NCBI GenBank assembly: GCA_019636245.1
Contig: JAHBXX010000002.1
Location: 98,586 to 162,585 of the forward strand
Reading direction: 5' to 3'
Origin: Planctomycetota bacterium
GTDB taxonomy: Bacteria > Planctomycetota > UBA1135 > UBA2386
DNA: 64,000 bases
The translations under genes were made by a program, and so were the position numbers. Numbering within the stretch: position 1 is the first letter of the stretch; the number at the start of each line of letters is the position of its first letter. Positions 28,977 through 37,800 of this stretch are shown here, piece after piece. Below the pieces are notes generated by a model. The model was not told where the DNA came from. It was given only the letters and a program-made list of their open reading frames with translations, and did not search any database.

Positions 28977-28993
28977 CCTAGTACCTTACTAGG
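28977..28993. promoter_or_regulatory. AT-rich perfect dyad CCTAGTA-CCT-TACTAGG (candidate operator)
   Basis: The arms are 7 bp with a 3-bp spacer. It is conspicuously AT-rich against the GC-rich background. It lies in the 361-bp divergent region between the lipoprotein gene (start 28906) and ligD (start 29268). Confidence 0.3.
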
Positions 28994-29267
28994 GCAGGGC
29001 TTCCATGCAAGGTGAACGTTCGGACGGCGACCGGGCAGGAAGCGGGGTGCGACCGACGGTGCGCAAGGAGGATGCCATGCCGTACGGCCGCCACCGCCGG
29101 GGCGGCCGCGCCGGCCCCGTTTCGCCCCGCTCCGCGCCGAAGTGCTTGGCCGAGGCGAGGCTGCGGCCCGGCAACCCGCAGCGTCGCCGCTCCGCGCGGC
29201 CTCGCTCGACGTGCGCGACCGCACGCACGAGAGCACATCGGGCCGGCTACCATGCCCCGCGCGGCCG

Positions 29268-31280
29268 ATGACCGACCCGCTCGACGAGTACCGGCGCAAG
29301 CGCGACTTCGCCCGCACCCCGGAACCCGCCGGCGCGGACGCCGGCCACCGGCCGGGATCCACCTTCGTCGTGCACCGCCACGAGGCCCGCAACCTGCACT
29401 ACGACCTGCGGCTCGAGCATGGCGGCGTGCTGTGCTCCTGGGCGGTGCCCAGGGGCTTCAGCTACGACCCCGGCGAGAAGCGGCTCGCGGTGCGCACCGA
29501 GGACCATCCGCTGGCCTACGAGCACTTCCACGGCCGCATCCCCAAGGGCCAGTACGGCGCCGGCACGATGGCGATCTGGGACCGGGGCGAGTACACGCTG
29601 GCCAAGGTGGTCGACTGGGACGAGGCCATGGCGCGCGGCGAGTTGAAGCTGCTGCTGCGCGGCCGCCGGCTGCGGGGCGAATGGCACCTGGTGCGCACGC
29701 AGCAGGGCCCCAACACCTGGCTGCTGTTCAAGTCGAAGGACGTCTGGGCCGGCCCGGCGCGCGACAGCGCGCTCGGCGTCGACCTCGACGCGGCCGCGGC
29801 CGCGCCGCTGCCGGACGAGCTGGCGCCGATGCGGCACACCGCGGCGCGCGCGCCGTTCCGCGATCCGGACTGGCTGTTCGAGATGGAGTTCGCGGGCCGC
29901 CGCTGCTTCGCGCTGCGCGACGGCGCCACCGCGACGCTGCGCGGCGTTGCCATGACGCCGGCCGCGGTCCGCGACGGGCTGCTGGCGCTGCGCTGCGAAC
30001 GCGCGCTGCTCGACGGCGTGCTGGTCGCGCTCGACGCGGCGGGCCGGCCCTGCCGCGCGGCGCTCGACGCGGCGCTCGCCGGCGCCGCCGCGGCGCCGGT
30101 CGCCTACTACGCGTTCGACCTCTTGCACTGGGAGGAGTTCGACCTGCGCGCGCTGCCGCTGCTCGACCGCAAGGCGGCGCTGCGCGCGACGGTCGCCGAC
30201 ACGCCGGCGGTGCTCTACGTCGACCACGTGATCGGCAACGGCCCGGCGCTGCTCGACGCGATCGTCGCCGCGGGCCTGCCGGCGGCGATCGCCAAGCGCG
30301 GCGCGAGTCCGTATGCGAGCGGCCCGAGCGACGCCTGGGTGCGCGTGCCCGCCGCCGCGGCGCCGAGCGCAGCGCCCGCGCCGCGCCGCGTCGGCCGCAG
30401 CCGGCCGACCAACCTCGGCAAGGTCTACTGGCCGGCCGAGGGCTACACCAAGGGCGACCTGCTCGCCTACTACCACGCAGTCGCCGACGGGCTGCTGCCG
30501 CACCTGCGCGACCGGCCGGTGCACCTGAACCGCTTCCCCGACGGCATCGACGGCAAGTCGTTCTACCAGCGCGAGGCGAAGCCCGGCACGCCAGCGTGGG
30601 TGCGCACGGTGCCGATCGAGCGCGACGGCGAGGTGGTCCCCCACCACGTGATCGACGACCTCGAGACGCTGCTCTACGTGGTCAACCTCGGCAGCATCGA
30701 CCTGCATCCGTGGCTGTCGCGCATCGGCTCGCTCGACGCGCCGGACTGGGCCGTGCTCGACCTCGACCCGAAGAGCGCGCCGTTCCCGCACGTCGTGCGC
30801 ATCGCGCGCGCCGCCGGTCGGCTGCTGCGAGGCATCGGCCTGCGCCCGCTGCTGAAGACGTCGGGCAAGTTCGGCATGCACGTGTTCGTGCCGCTGCGCG
30901 CCGGCTACACGTACGACCACGCGCGCATGTTCACCGAAGCCGTCGCGCGCGTGCTCGTGCGCGAGCTGCCCGACATCGCGACGGTCGAGCGGCTGCCCGA
31001 TCGGCGCGAGGGCAAGGTCTACCTCGACTTCCTGCAGAACCGCAGGAGCCAGACGGTCGTGCCACCGTACGTGGTGCGGCCGGTGCGCGGCGCGTCGGTG
31101 TCGGCGCCGCTGCGCTGGGACGAACTCGAGGACGGCGGCCTCACGCCGCAGCGGTTCACGATCCAGACGATGCCGGCACGGCTCGCCGAGCTCGGCGACC
31201 TGTTCCGGCCGGCACTCGAGGACCCGCAGGACCTGCTGCCGGCGATCGGGGCGCTCGAGGACGTGCTGCGGCAGAAGTGA
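29268..31280 (+). CDS. ligD: LigD-like NHEJ protein: phosphoesterase domain + degenerate (catalytically dead) ligase-like domain + polymerase/primase domain
   Basis: PE domain: YRRKRDF..TPEP, FVVHRHEARNLHYDLRLE, WAVPRG, EDHPLAYEHFHGRIPKGQYGAG, WLLFK. Middle domain: WLFEMEFAGRRC where EIKWDGVR is expected, DGVLVA for DGELVV, AAIAKR for EGVVGK, WVRVP for WQKIK, and no OB fold. Pol domain: VYWPAEGYTKGDLLAYY, FPDGI...FYQRE, DLDP, KTSGKFGMHVFVPL, KVYLDFLQN. Confidence 0.85.
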   Translation: MTDPLDEYRRKRDFARTPEPAGADAGHRPGSTFVVHRHEARNLHYDLRLEHGGVLCSWAVPRGFSYDPGEKRLAVRTEDHPLAYEHFHGRIPKGQYGAGTMAIWDRGEYTLAKVVDWDEAMARGELKLLLRGRRLRGEWHLVRTQQGPNTWLLFKSKDVWAGPARDSALGVDLDAAAAAPLPDELAPMRHTAARAPFRDPDWLFEMEFAGRRCFALRDGATATLRGVAMTPAAVRDGLLALRCERALLDGVLVALDAAGRPCRAALDAALAGAAAAPVAYYAFDLLHWEEFDLRALPLLDRKAALRATVADTPAVLYVDHVIGNGPALLDAIVAAGLPAAIAKRGASPYASGPSDAWVRVPAAAAPSAAPAPRRVGRSRPTNLGKVYWPAEGYTKGDLLAYYHAVADGLLPHLRDRPVHLNRFPDGIDGKSFYQREAKPGTPAWVRTVPIERDGEVVPHHVIDDLETLLYVVNLGSIDLHPWLSRIGSLDAPDWAVLDLDPKSAPFPHVVRIARAAGRLLRGIGLRPLLKTSGKFGMHVFVPLRAGYTYDHARMFTEAVARVLVRELPDIATVERLPDRREGKVYLDFLQNRRSQTVVPPYVVRPVRGASVSAPLRWDELEDGGLTPQRFTIQTMPARLAELGDLFRPALEDPQDLLPAIGALEDVLRQK

Positions 31281-31286
31281 GCCGGC

Positions 31287-32150
31287 TCACGGCCGCTCGC
31301 CGCCGTGCGCCTGCAGCCGCCGCCGCACCTGGTCGGCCCAGCGGCTGTTCGGGTCGAACGACAGGTAGGCGCGCCAGTGGCGCCGCGCGTCGTCGACCTC
31401 GCCGGCGACCGCGAGCGCCTCGGCGAGGTTGTAGTGCGCGTCGGCATAGTGCGGCACCAGCGCCAGCGAGCGCCGCAGCGCCGCGATCGACCCATCGCGA
31501 TCGCCGAGTTCGCCGCGCACGATGCCGAGGTTGTTCCAGGCCTCGGCGTAGTCCGGCGCCGCCGCGACCGCGGCCTCGAACTGCGCCGCCGCGTCGCCGC
31601 GCCGGCGCAACGCGTAGAGGCAGTTGCCGAGGTTGAAGTGCGCCTCGGCGTTGCCGCTGCCGAGCGCATGTTCGTAGGCGCGCACCGCGTCCTCGAGCCG
31701 ACCGGCCGCCTCGGCGTCGACGCCGGCCTGGAACCAATCGTGCGCCGAGCGCAGGCTCGGCAGCGCCGGCGAGTCCGGGCGGGCGCCGAAGTCGAACAGC
31801 AGCTGGCCGCCGGGTTCGACCAGCCTGCCGTCGGGCGTTCGCACGGTGACGCGGCGCCGGCCGATGCTGGCGAGCAGGCCGGTCAGCGCCGCGTCGGCGT
31901 CGCCGACGACGGTGCGCGCGAGCTGCCACGCGCGCTGGATCCGCGGTGCCGTCCAGCCGGCGCGCCACAGCTGCGCCAGCGTGCGGGCCGCCCCGAGCGC
32001 GCGGAACGGGAACGCGTCGGTCGAGCCGCGCCGCGGCTGCAGCAGGTCGCGTTCGACCCAGCGCCGCACCACGGTCGCCGGCAGCCCCGCCAGCTCGGCC
32101 AGTTCGGCGAGCGTGAACGTGCGTTCGGATCCGGTCGGTGTCGTCGTCAC
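31287..32150 (-). CDS. MerR-type HTH + TPR domain protein
   Basis: The N-terminus FTLAELAELAGLPATVVRRWVERDLLQP is a MerR-like HTH. The C-terminus has 4-5 TPRs (AEAHFNLGNCLYALRRRGDAAAQFEAAVAAAPDYAEAWNNLGIVRGELGD...). GTG 32150 overlaps the ligase TGA (GTGA). Confidence 0.75.
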   Translation of the reverse strand: MTTTPTGSERTFTLAELAELAGLPATVVRRWVERDLLQPRRGSTDAFPFRALGAARTLAQLWRAGWTAPRIQRAWQLARTVVGDADAALTGLLASIGRRRVTVRTPDGRLVEPGGQLLFDFGARPDSPALPSLRSAHDWFQAGVDAEAAGRLEDAVRAYEHALGSGNAEAHFNLGNCLYALRRRGDAAAQFEAAVAAAPDYAEAWNNLGIVRGELGDRDGSIAALRRSLALVPHYADAHYNLAEALAVAGEVDDARRHWRAYLSFDPNSRWADQVRRRLQAHGGERP

Positions 32151-33070
32151 TGGGCCCCCGCCTCCACGATGCCGAGGAACACCGGCGCGCGCAATGCACC
32201 GCTGTCGGTGCGCTCGAGGAAACCGACGCGGCAGAACAGGCCGGGCTGCACCCAGGCGCCGCCCTGCGGCACCGGCACCAGCGGCCGCTCGGCCGGGTGC
32301 GCGAACAGCCACGCGCGCAGCCTCGCCCGGGTCGCCGCGTCGATGCCCGAGCCGACCCTGCCGACGCACCGCAGGGTGCCATCGAGGTCGGTGCCGACGA
32401 TCAGCGACTTGAAGCCGCGCTCGCCGTCGGGCTCGTAGCCGAGCACCAGGCAGTGCGCGACCTGCTGCGGCTTGATCTTCTGCCACGCGTCGCTGCGCTC
32501 GCCGGGGCGGTAGGGCGACGCCAGGCGCTTGCCGACCACGCCCTCGAGACCGCGCTCGCAGGCGGCGGCGAACAGCGCGCGGCCCTGGCCGACGACGCCC
32601 TCCGACAGCCGCAGGCGCGGCTGCCCGGCCGCGGCGACCAGCGTCGCGAGCGCCTGCCGCCGTTCGGCCAGCGGCCGGTCGAGCAGCGACGTGAAGCCGA
32701 GCCACAGCAGGTCGAACACGACGTAGTGGACGGGCGTCGTGCGCGCCGCCGCGGCCGCGCGCGCGGCAGGGGCGTTCTCGCGGCCGATCATCGCGCGGAA
32801 GTCGGGCCGCCCGTCCTCGCGCAGCACGACGAGTTCGCCGTCGACGATCGTGCCGGCGGGCAGCGCGCGCAGCGCGTCGAGCTCGGGATAGCGTCCGGCG
32901 AGGTCGCGCCGGCGCCGACCGTGCAGCCGCAGCGCGCCCGCTTCGACGTAGGCGACCGCGCGCACGCCGTCCCACTTGATCTCGAACAGCCAGCCGTCGT
33001 CGTCGAACGGCTGGCCGAGGCGCGCCAGCATCGGCTCGACGTGCGCGGGCAGTCGGCGCTCGTCCACCAC
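32147..33070 (-). CDS. ATP-dependent DNA ligase (LigD-type ligase domain, stand-alone, with OB fold)
   Basis: Motif I is EIKWDGVR, motif III DGELVVL, motif IIIa YVVFDLL, motif IV EGVVGK and motif V WQKIK. An OB-like C-terminus follows. The gene lies directly downstream of ku. Confidence 0.9.
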   Translation of the reverse strand: MVDERRLPAHVEPMLARLGQPFDDDGWLFEIKWDGVRAVAYVEAGALRLHGRRRRDLAGRYPELDALRALPAGTIVDGELVVLREDGRPDFRAMIGRENAPAARAAAAARTTPVHYVVFDLLWLGFTSLLDRPLAERRQALATLVAAAGQPRLRLSEGVVGQGRALFAAACERGLEGVVGKRLASPYRPGERSDAWQKIKPQQVAHCLVLGYEPDGERGFKSLIVGTDLDGTLRCVGRVGSGIDAATRARLRAWLFAHPAERPLVPVPQGGAWVQPGLFCRVGFLERTDSGALRAPVFLGIVEAGAQ

Positions 33071-33076
33071 CCGGCG

Positions 33077-33994
33077 CTACTCGCCGCCGACCTTGCGCGG
33101 TCCCTTCTTGCGGCCCGCGCTCGGCGCCAGCTTCTTGGCGGCCGCGGCCGGATCTTCGCCGTCGCCCGCATCCGCGTCGGCTGGCGGCGGCACGCCGGCG
33201 GCGCGCGCTTGCGCCTCGGCGACGCTCTTCTTCAGCGCGTCCATCAGGTTCAGGATCTTCGGCTCCTCGTGGTCGGGCACCTGCACGACCTCCTGGCCGG
33301 CGACCTTGAGCTCGATCAGGCGCTTCAGCTTGGTCACGTACTGGTCCGAGTAGCCGCCGAGGTCGAAGTCGGCGATCCTCGACGCGCCGATCAACGTGTC
33401 GGTCAGCGCTTCCTCCTGCGGTTTCAGCGCGATCTCGTCGACCGCCTGCTCGAACTCGCCGGCGGCGCGCACGCGCTGCGGATAGTGCAGGCCGGTCAGC
33501 ACCAGGAGCCGGCCGTGCGGCCGCACCAGCACGAGCTGTTCGCGGCCGGACATCACGACCTGCGCGATCGCGCAAACGCCGTTCTTGCGCATGCCCTCGC
33601 GCAGCAGCGCGTAGGGCCGTTCGCCGGCCGGGCCGTCGGGCAGCAGGTAGTGCGTCTTGCCGGCGTAGAACGACGCGTCGATCGCATCCATCGGCACGAA
33701 GCCGTCGATGCTGACCGCGCGGTCGCTCTTGGTGCGCAGCTTGTCGAGCTCGTCGGGGTCGACGACCACGTAGCTGTCCTTCTGGTGCTCGTAGCCGCTG
33801 ACGATGTCCTCGCTCTTCAGCTCGCCGTGCGCCGGGCAGACCTTCTGGTACTTGACGCGGCTGTTGCAGCCCTTGTGCAGCTGGTTCAGATGCACTTCGC
33901 CGGCGGTCTCGTTGGCGGTGAACGCCTTCACCGGCACGGAGATCAGGCTCAGCTTCAGGAATCCTCGCCAGGAGGTGCGCGACGGAGCAGCCAT
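33077..33994 (-). CDS. ku: Ku DNA end-binding protein
   Basis: SWRGFLKLSLISVPVKAFTA and VVMSGREQLVLVRPHGRLLVLTGLHYPQRVR are present, with a basic C-terminal tail (KKLAPSAGRKKGPRKVGGE). Confidence 0.92.
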   Translation of the reverse strand: MAAPSRTSWRGFLKLSLISVPVKAFTANETAGEVHLNQLHKGCNSRVKYQKVCPAHGELKSEDIVSGYEHQKDSYVVVDPDELDKLRTKSDRAVSIDGFVPMDAIDASFYAGKTHYLLPDGPAGERPYALLREGMRKNGVCAIAQVVMSGREQLVLVRPHGRLLVLTGLHYPQRVRAAGEFEQAVDEIALKPQEEALTDTLIGASRIADFDLGGYSDQYVTKLKRLIELKVAGQEVVQVPDHEEPKILNLMDALKKSVAEAQARAAGVPPPADADAGDGEDPAAAAKKLAPSAGRKKGPRKVGGE

Positions 33995-34027
33995 GGGGCC
34001 CTGGGGTCTTGGACGCGGGACGGCGCG

Positions 34028-34753
34028 TCAGGATACCACGCCGCGGTCGAGGTCCAGAAACCGCCGTGCTAGCGCCGGCCCCGCACACGAATCCTCGTGC
34101 TTGAAGAACAGGAACACCGAGGCGAAGCCGCGCGTTCGCAGCGCGTCGCGCCAGCGGCGCAGGTCGTCGTCCGTGTACGCCGTGCGCCGCAGCCGCAGGT
34201 AGGCCCAGCTGGCGGTGTCGGCGAACTCGGGTTCGGGCGCGTCGTCCCGGTCGCTGAGCACGAGCGCGGCATCCCGTTCGCGCAGCGCCTGCAGCGCGTC
34301 GTCCGCGAACCAGCTCGCGTGCGCGAACTCGAACGCGACCTTGACCCCCGGCCGCTGCAGGGCGAGGAACTCGCGCAGGACCGGGGTGTCCTTCCGCACC
34401 CACTTCGGCACCTGGTAGAACACGCAGCCGAGCCGATCGCCGAGCGGCACCAGCACGTTCCACAGCACCGTCAGCAGCTCGCCGCAGTCCTGGAGCTTCT
34501 GCGTCCAGGTCAGCCGCTGCGTCGCCTTGATCGCGAACCGGAACGTGTCCGGCACCTGCTGCGCCCAGGCCGCGACCATCTTGGTCGACGGCATGCGATA
34601 GAAGGTGTTGTTCAGTTCGACGGCCGGCAGCCGCTCGGCGTAGAACGCCAGCATGCGGTCCTTCCGCAGGTCGTCCGGGTAGAACGCCGGCCGCCACTCG
34701 TCGTAGCTGAAGCCGCTGGTGCCGACGTGGAAGGTCACGGGAAGCGCGGGCAC
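34028..34753 (-). CDS. DUF72 (YecE-like) family protein
   Basis: HVGTSGFSYDEWRPAFYP, VELNNTFYRMP, FRFAIKA and VFYQVPKW give the DUF72 pattern. The start is a GTG. Confidence 0.85.
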   Translation of the reverse strand: MPALPVTFHVGTSGFSYDEWRPAFYPDDLRKDRMLAFYAERLPAVELNNTFYRMPSTKMVAAWAQQVPDTFRFAIKATQRLTWTQKLQDCGELLTVLWNVLVPLGDRLGCVFYQVPKWVRKDTPVLREFLALQRPGVKVAFEFAHASWFADDALQALRERDAALVLSDRDDAPEPEFADTASWAYLRLRRTAYTDDDLRRWRDALRTRGFASVFLFFKHEDSCAGPALARRFLDLDRGVVS

Positions 34754-34808
34754 GGCAGCGCACCATACGACGCCGGGGCCTACGGCGCGAACCGGGAGCG
34801 CCGGGCGC

Positions 34809-37800
34809 TCAGGCCCACAGCACGAGGCCGCGCACCTTCGCGTCGTGCCCGCCGCGCGCCGGCACCCGCACCCGCATGCCGTGCTGGTAGTGCCCGGCGA
34901 GTTCGACGCGGTAGCCGCCGTCGAACTGGTGCACGGTGCCGCTCTTCGGCCCGCGGTGCTGCAGCCGCACCACGACCGTCTCCTGCTGGCTGCCGGCCTC
35001 GCCGCGCGTCACCACCAGTTCGACCAGCACGTCGCCGGGCTGCAGCGGCCCGAGGTCGACCTCCAGGTGCACGTCGAGGTGCTGGCCGACCTTGAAGTCC
35101 TGCAGCTCGACGGTCGTGGCGGCCGTGATCCGGACCTTGTCGAACCCGGCGCGCACGCGCAGGAAGTCCTTGGCGAGGTCGCGTGCCGGCGCCTTCTTCG
35201 CCGCCTGCTGGGCGAAGTAGTTCGCCGCCAGCGGCCGGTACGCGGACTCGAGGTAGTCGGTCACCATGCGGTCGGTGTTGAACACGGTCGGCACGCTCTC
35301 GAGGTCGTGCACGACCAGCTCCATCCACGCCGCCGGCAGCCCGTCCTTGTCGCGCGAGAAGTAGCTCGGCACCACCTCCTCCTCGAGCAGGCGGTAGAGC
35401 GCCGTCGCGTCGGCCTGGTTCTGCAGCTCGTGGCTGCCATAGACCTGCGAGCCGCCGATCGTCCAGCCGTTGCCGCCGTCGGCCGCCTCCGGCCACCAGC
35501 CGTCGGCGATCGACAGGTTGAGCACGCCGTTGGCGGCCGCCTTCATGCCCGAGGTGCCGCTGGCCTCCTCCATGCGGGTCGGGGTGTTGACCCAGACGTC
35601 GACGCCCTGCACGAGCGCCCGCGCCAGCGCCATGTCGTAGTCCTCGAGGAAGAACACCCGGCCGATGAACTCGGGCGATCGCGCGATCTGCACGATCGAT
35701 TTCATGATGTCCTGGCCCATGCGGTCGCGCGGGTGCGCCTTGCCGGCCACGAGCAGCCGGACGGGCCGCTCGGGGTTCGACAGGATCTTGCGCAACCGCT
35801 CGGGATCGGTGAACAGCAGGTGCGCGCGCTTGTAGGGCGCGAACCGCCGCGCGAAGCCGAGGTAGAGCGCCTTGTCGTCGAGACCGGCGAGCATCGCGCT
35901 GAGCACGACCGGGCTGTCGCCACGGGCGTGGAAGTGCCGCGTCAGCGCGTCGCGGGCCGCGTCCAGCATCAGGCCCTTGTTGGCCTGGCGCACGCGCCAG
36001 AGGTCGCGCCGCGGCACCTTCGCGGCGCGGGCGAAGTCCTGCGGCCGGATGCCGCCGTCGTCGCCGCGCAGCAGCCGGGCGATGCCCGCGTGCGTCCAGG
36101 TCGCCAGGTGCACGCCGTTGGTGATCGCCGCGACCGGCACCTCGTTCTCGAGCAGGCCGGGCCAGAACGCATGCAGCAGCTTCTGCGACGCCTTGCCGTG
36201 CAACTTGCTGACGCCGTTGACGAAGCCGGCAAAGTTCATCGCCAGGTAGGTCATGTTGAACTCCGAGGTGCCGCCGCTCGCCTGGCCCAGCGCGAAGAAG
36301 CGGTCCCACGGCAGGCCGACCCACTCCTCGGCGTCGCCGAAGTAGCGGCGCATCAGGTCCTCGGCGAAGCGGTCGTGGCCGGCCGGCACCGGCGTGTGGG
36401 TCGTGAACAGCGTCGTCGCCGCGACGTACTCGCGGGCCGCCTCGAACGACAGGCCCTCGCCGCGCACCAGTCGGCTCGTGCGCTCGAGCGTCAGGAACGC
36501 CGCGTGCCCCTCGTTCATGTGGTAGACCGCGGGCCGCAGGCCGAGCGCCCGCAGCAGGCGCACGCCGCCGCGGCCGAGCACGATCTCCTGCTGGATGCGG
36601 GTCTCGACGTCGCCGCCGTAGAGGTTGCGCGTGAGATCGCGGTCCTCGGGCCGGTTCTGCGTCACGTTGGCGTCGAGCAGGTAGAGCGGCACGCGACCGA
36701 CCATCGCCCGCCAGGCGCGCAGGAACACCTCGCGGCCGGGCAACGGCACCGAGATCTCGAGCGGGCGGCCGTCGGCGGCGCGCACGACCTCGAGCGCCAG
36801 CTGGCGCGGCCGGTTCTCGAGGTCGGCGGCGATCTGCTGGCCGTCGCTCGACATCTGCTGGCTCATGTAGCCGAAGCGGTAGAACAGGCCGACGGCCACC
36901 AGCGGGATGCCGAGATCGCTGGCGGACTTCAGGTGGTCGCCGGCGAGGATGCCGAGACCGCCGCTGTAGATCGGCAGCGAGTGGTGCACGCCGAACTCGG
37001 CCGAGAAGTAGGCGACCGGGTGCGCGCCGTTCAGCGCCGGACCGTCGCCGCCGTGCAGCTGCAGCGGCTGTTGCGCCGTCGCCATGTAGTCGTCGAAGCG
37101 CTTGCCGACGTCCTGCAGCCGGCGCAGGAAGTTCTTGTCCCTGGCCTTGGTCTCCAGCGCCTCGAGACCGACGCTCTGCAGGAAGGCGACCGGGTTCTCG
37201 CGGCTGTGGCCGAAGCCCGGCGCCAGCTCCTCGAACAGGCCGCGCACGCCGCCGTTCCACACCCACCAGAAGTTGCGCGCCAGCCGTTCGAGGCCGCGCA
37301 GGCTCTGCGGCAGCGTCGCCGAGGCCTCGAACGGCGACAGCCGCGGCGTCGTGCCGGAACCGGGCGACGGCAGCGCACGGCGCGGCAGCCGGAACTGCAC
37401 CACGCCGCTGGTGCTGCGCAGCTGCACCGCGTGCAGCGCCTGGTCGTAGGCGCGAACGTAGTTGGCGTACAGATCGCGCCAGGCGGTGCGGCCGGCGGCG
37501 GCGCGACAACGTTCGCGCAGGCCGGGTCCGGCGTGGCCGGCGGCGAGCTGAGCCTCCAGCGCCTCGACCAGCGACACGACGACGTCCTGGTAGGGCACGC
37601 GCTCCCGGCGCAACACGGTGATGCCGTCGGCGGGGCCGAGGCCGGCGCCGACCGCCCAGCGGCCGAAGCCGGCGAGGTCGGTGGTGATCGTCGGGATGCC
37701 GACCGCCAGCGCCTCCTGCGGCGTGTATCCCCACGGCTCGTAGTACGACGGGTAGACGCCGACGTCCATCGCCGCCAGCACCGACTCGTACTCGCGGCCG

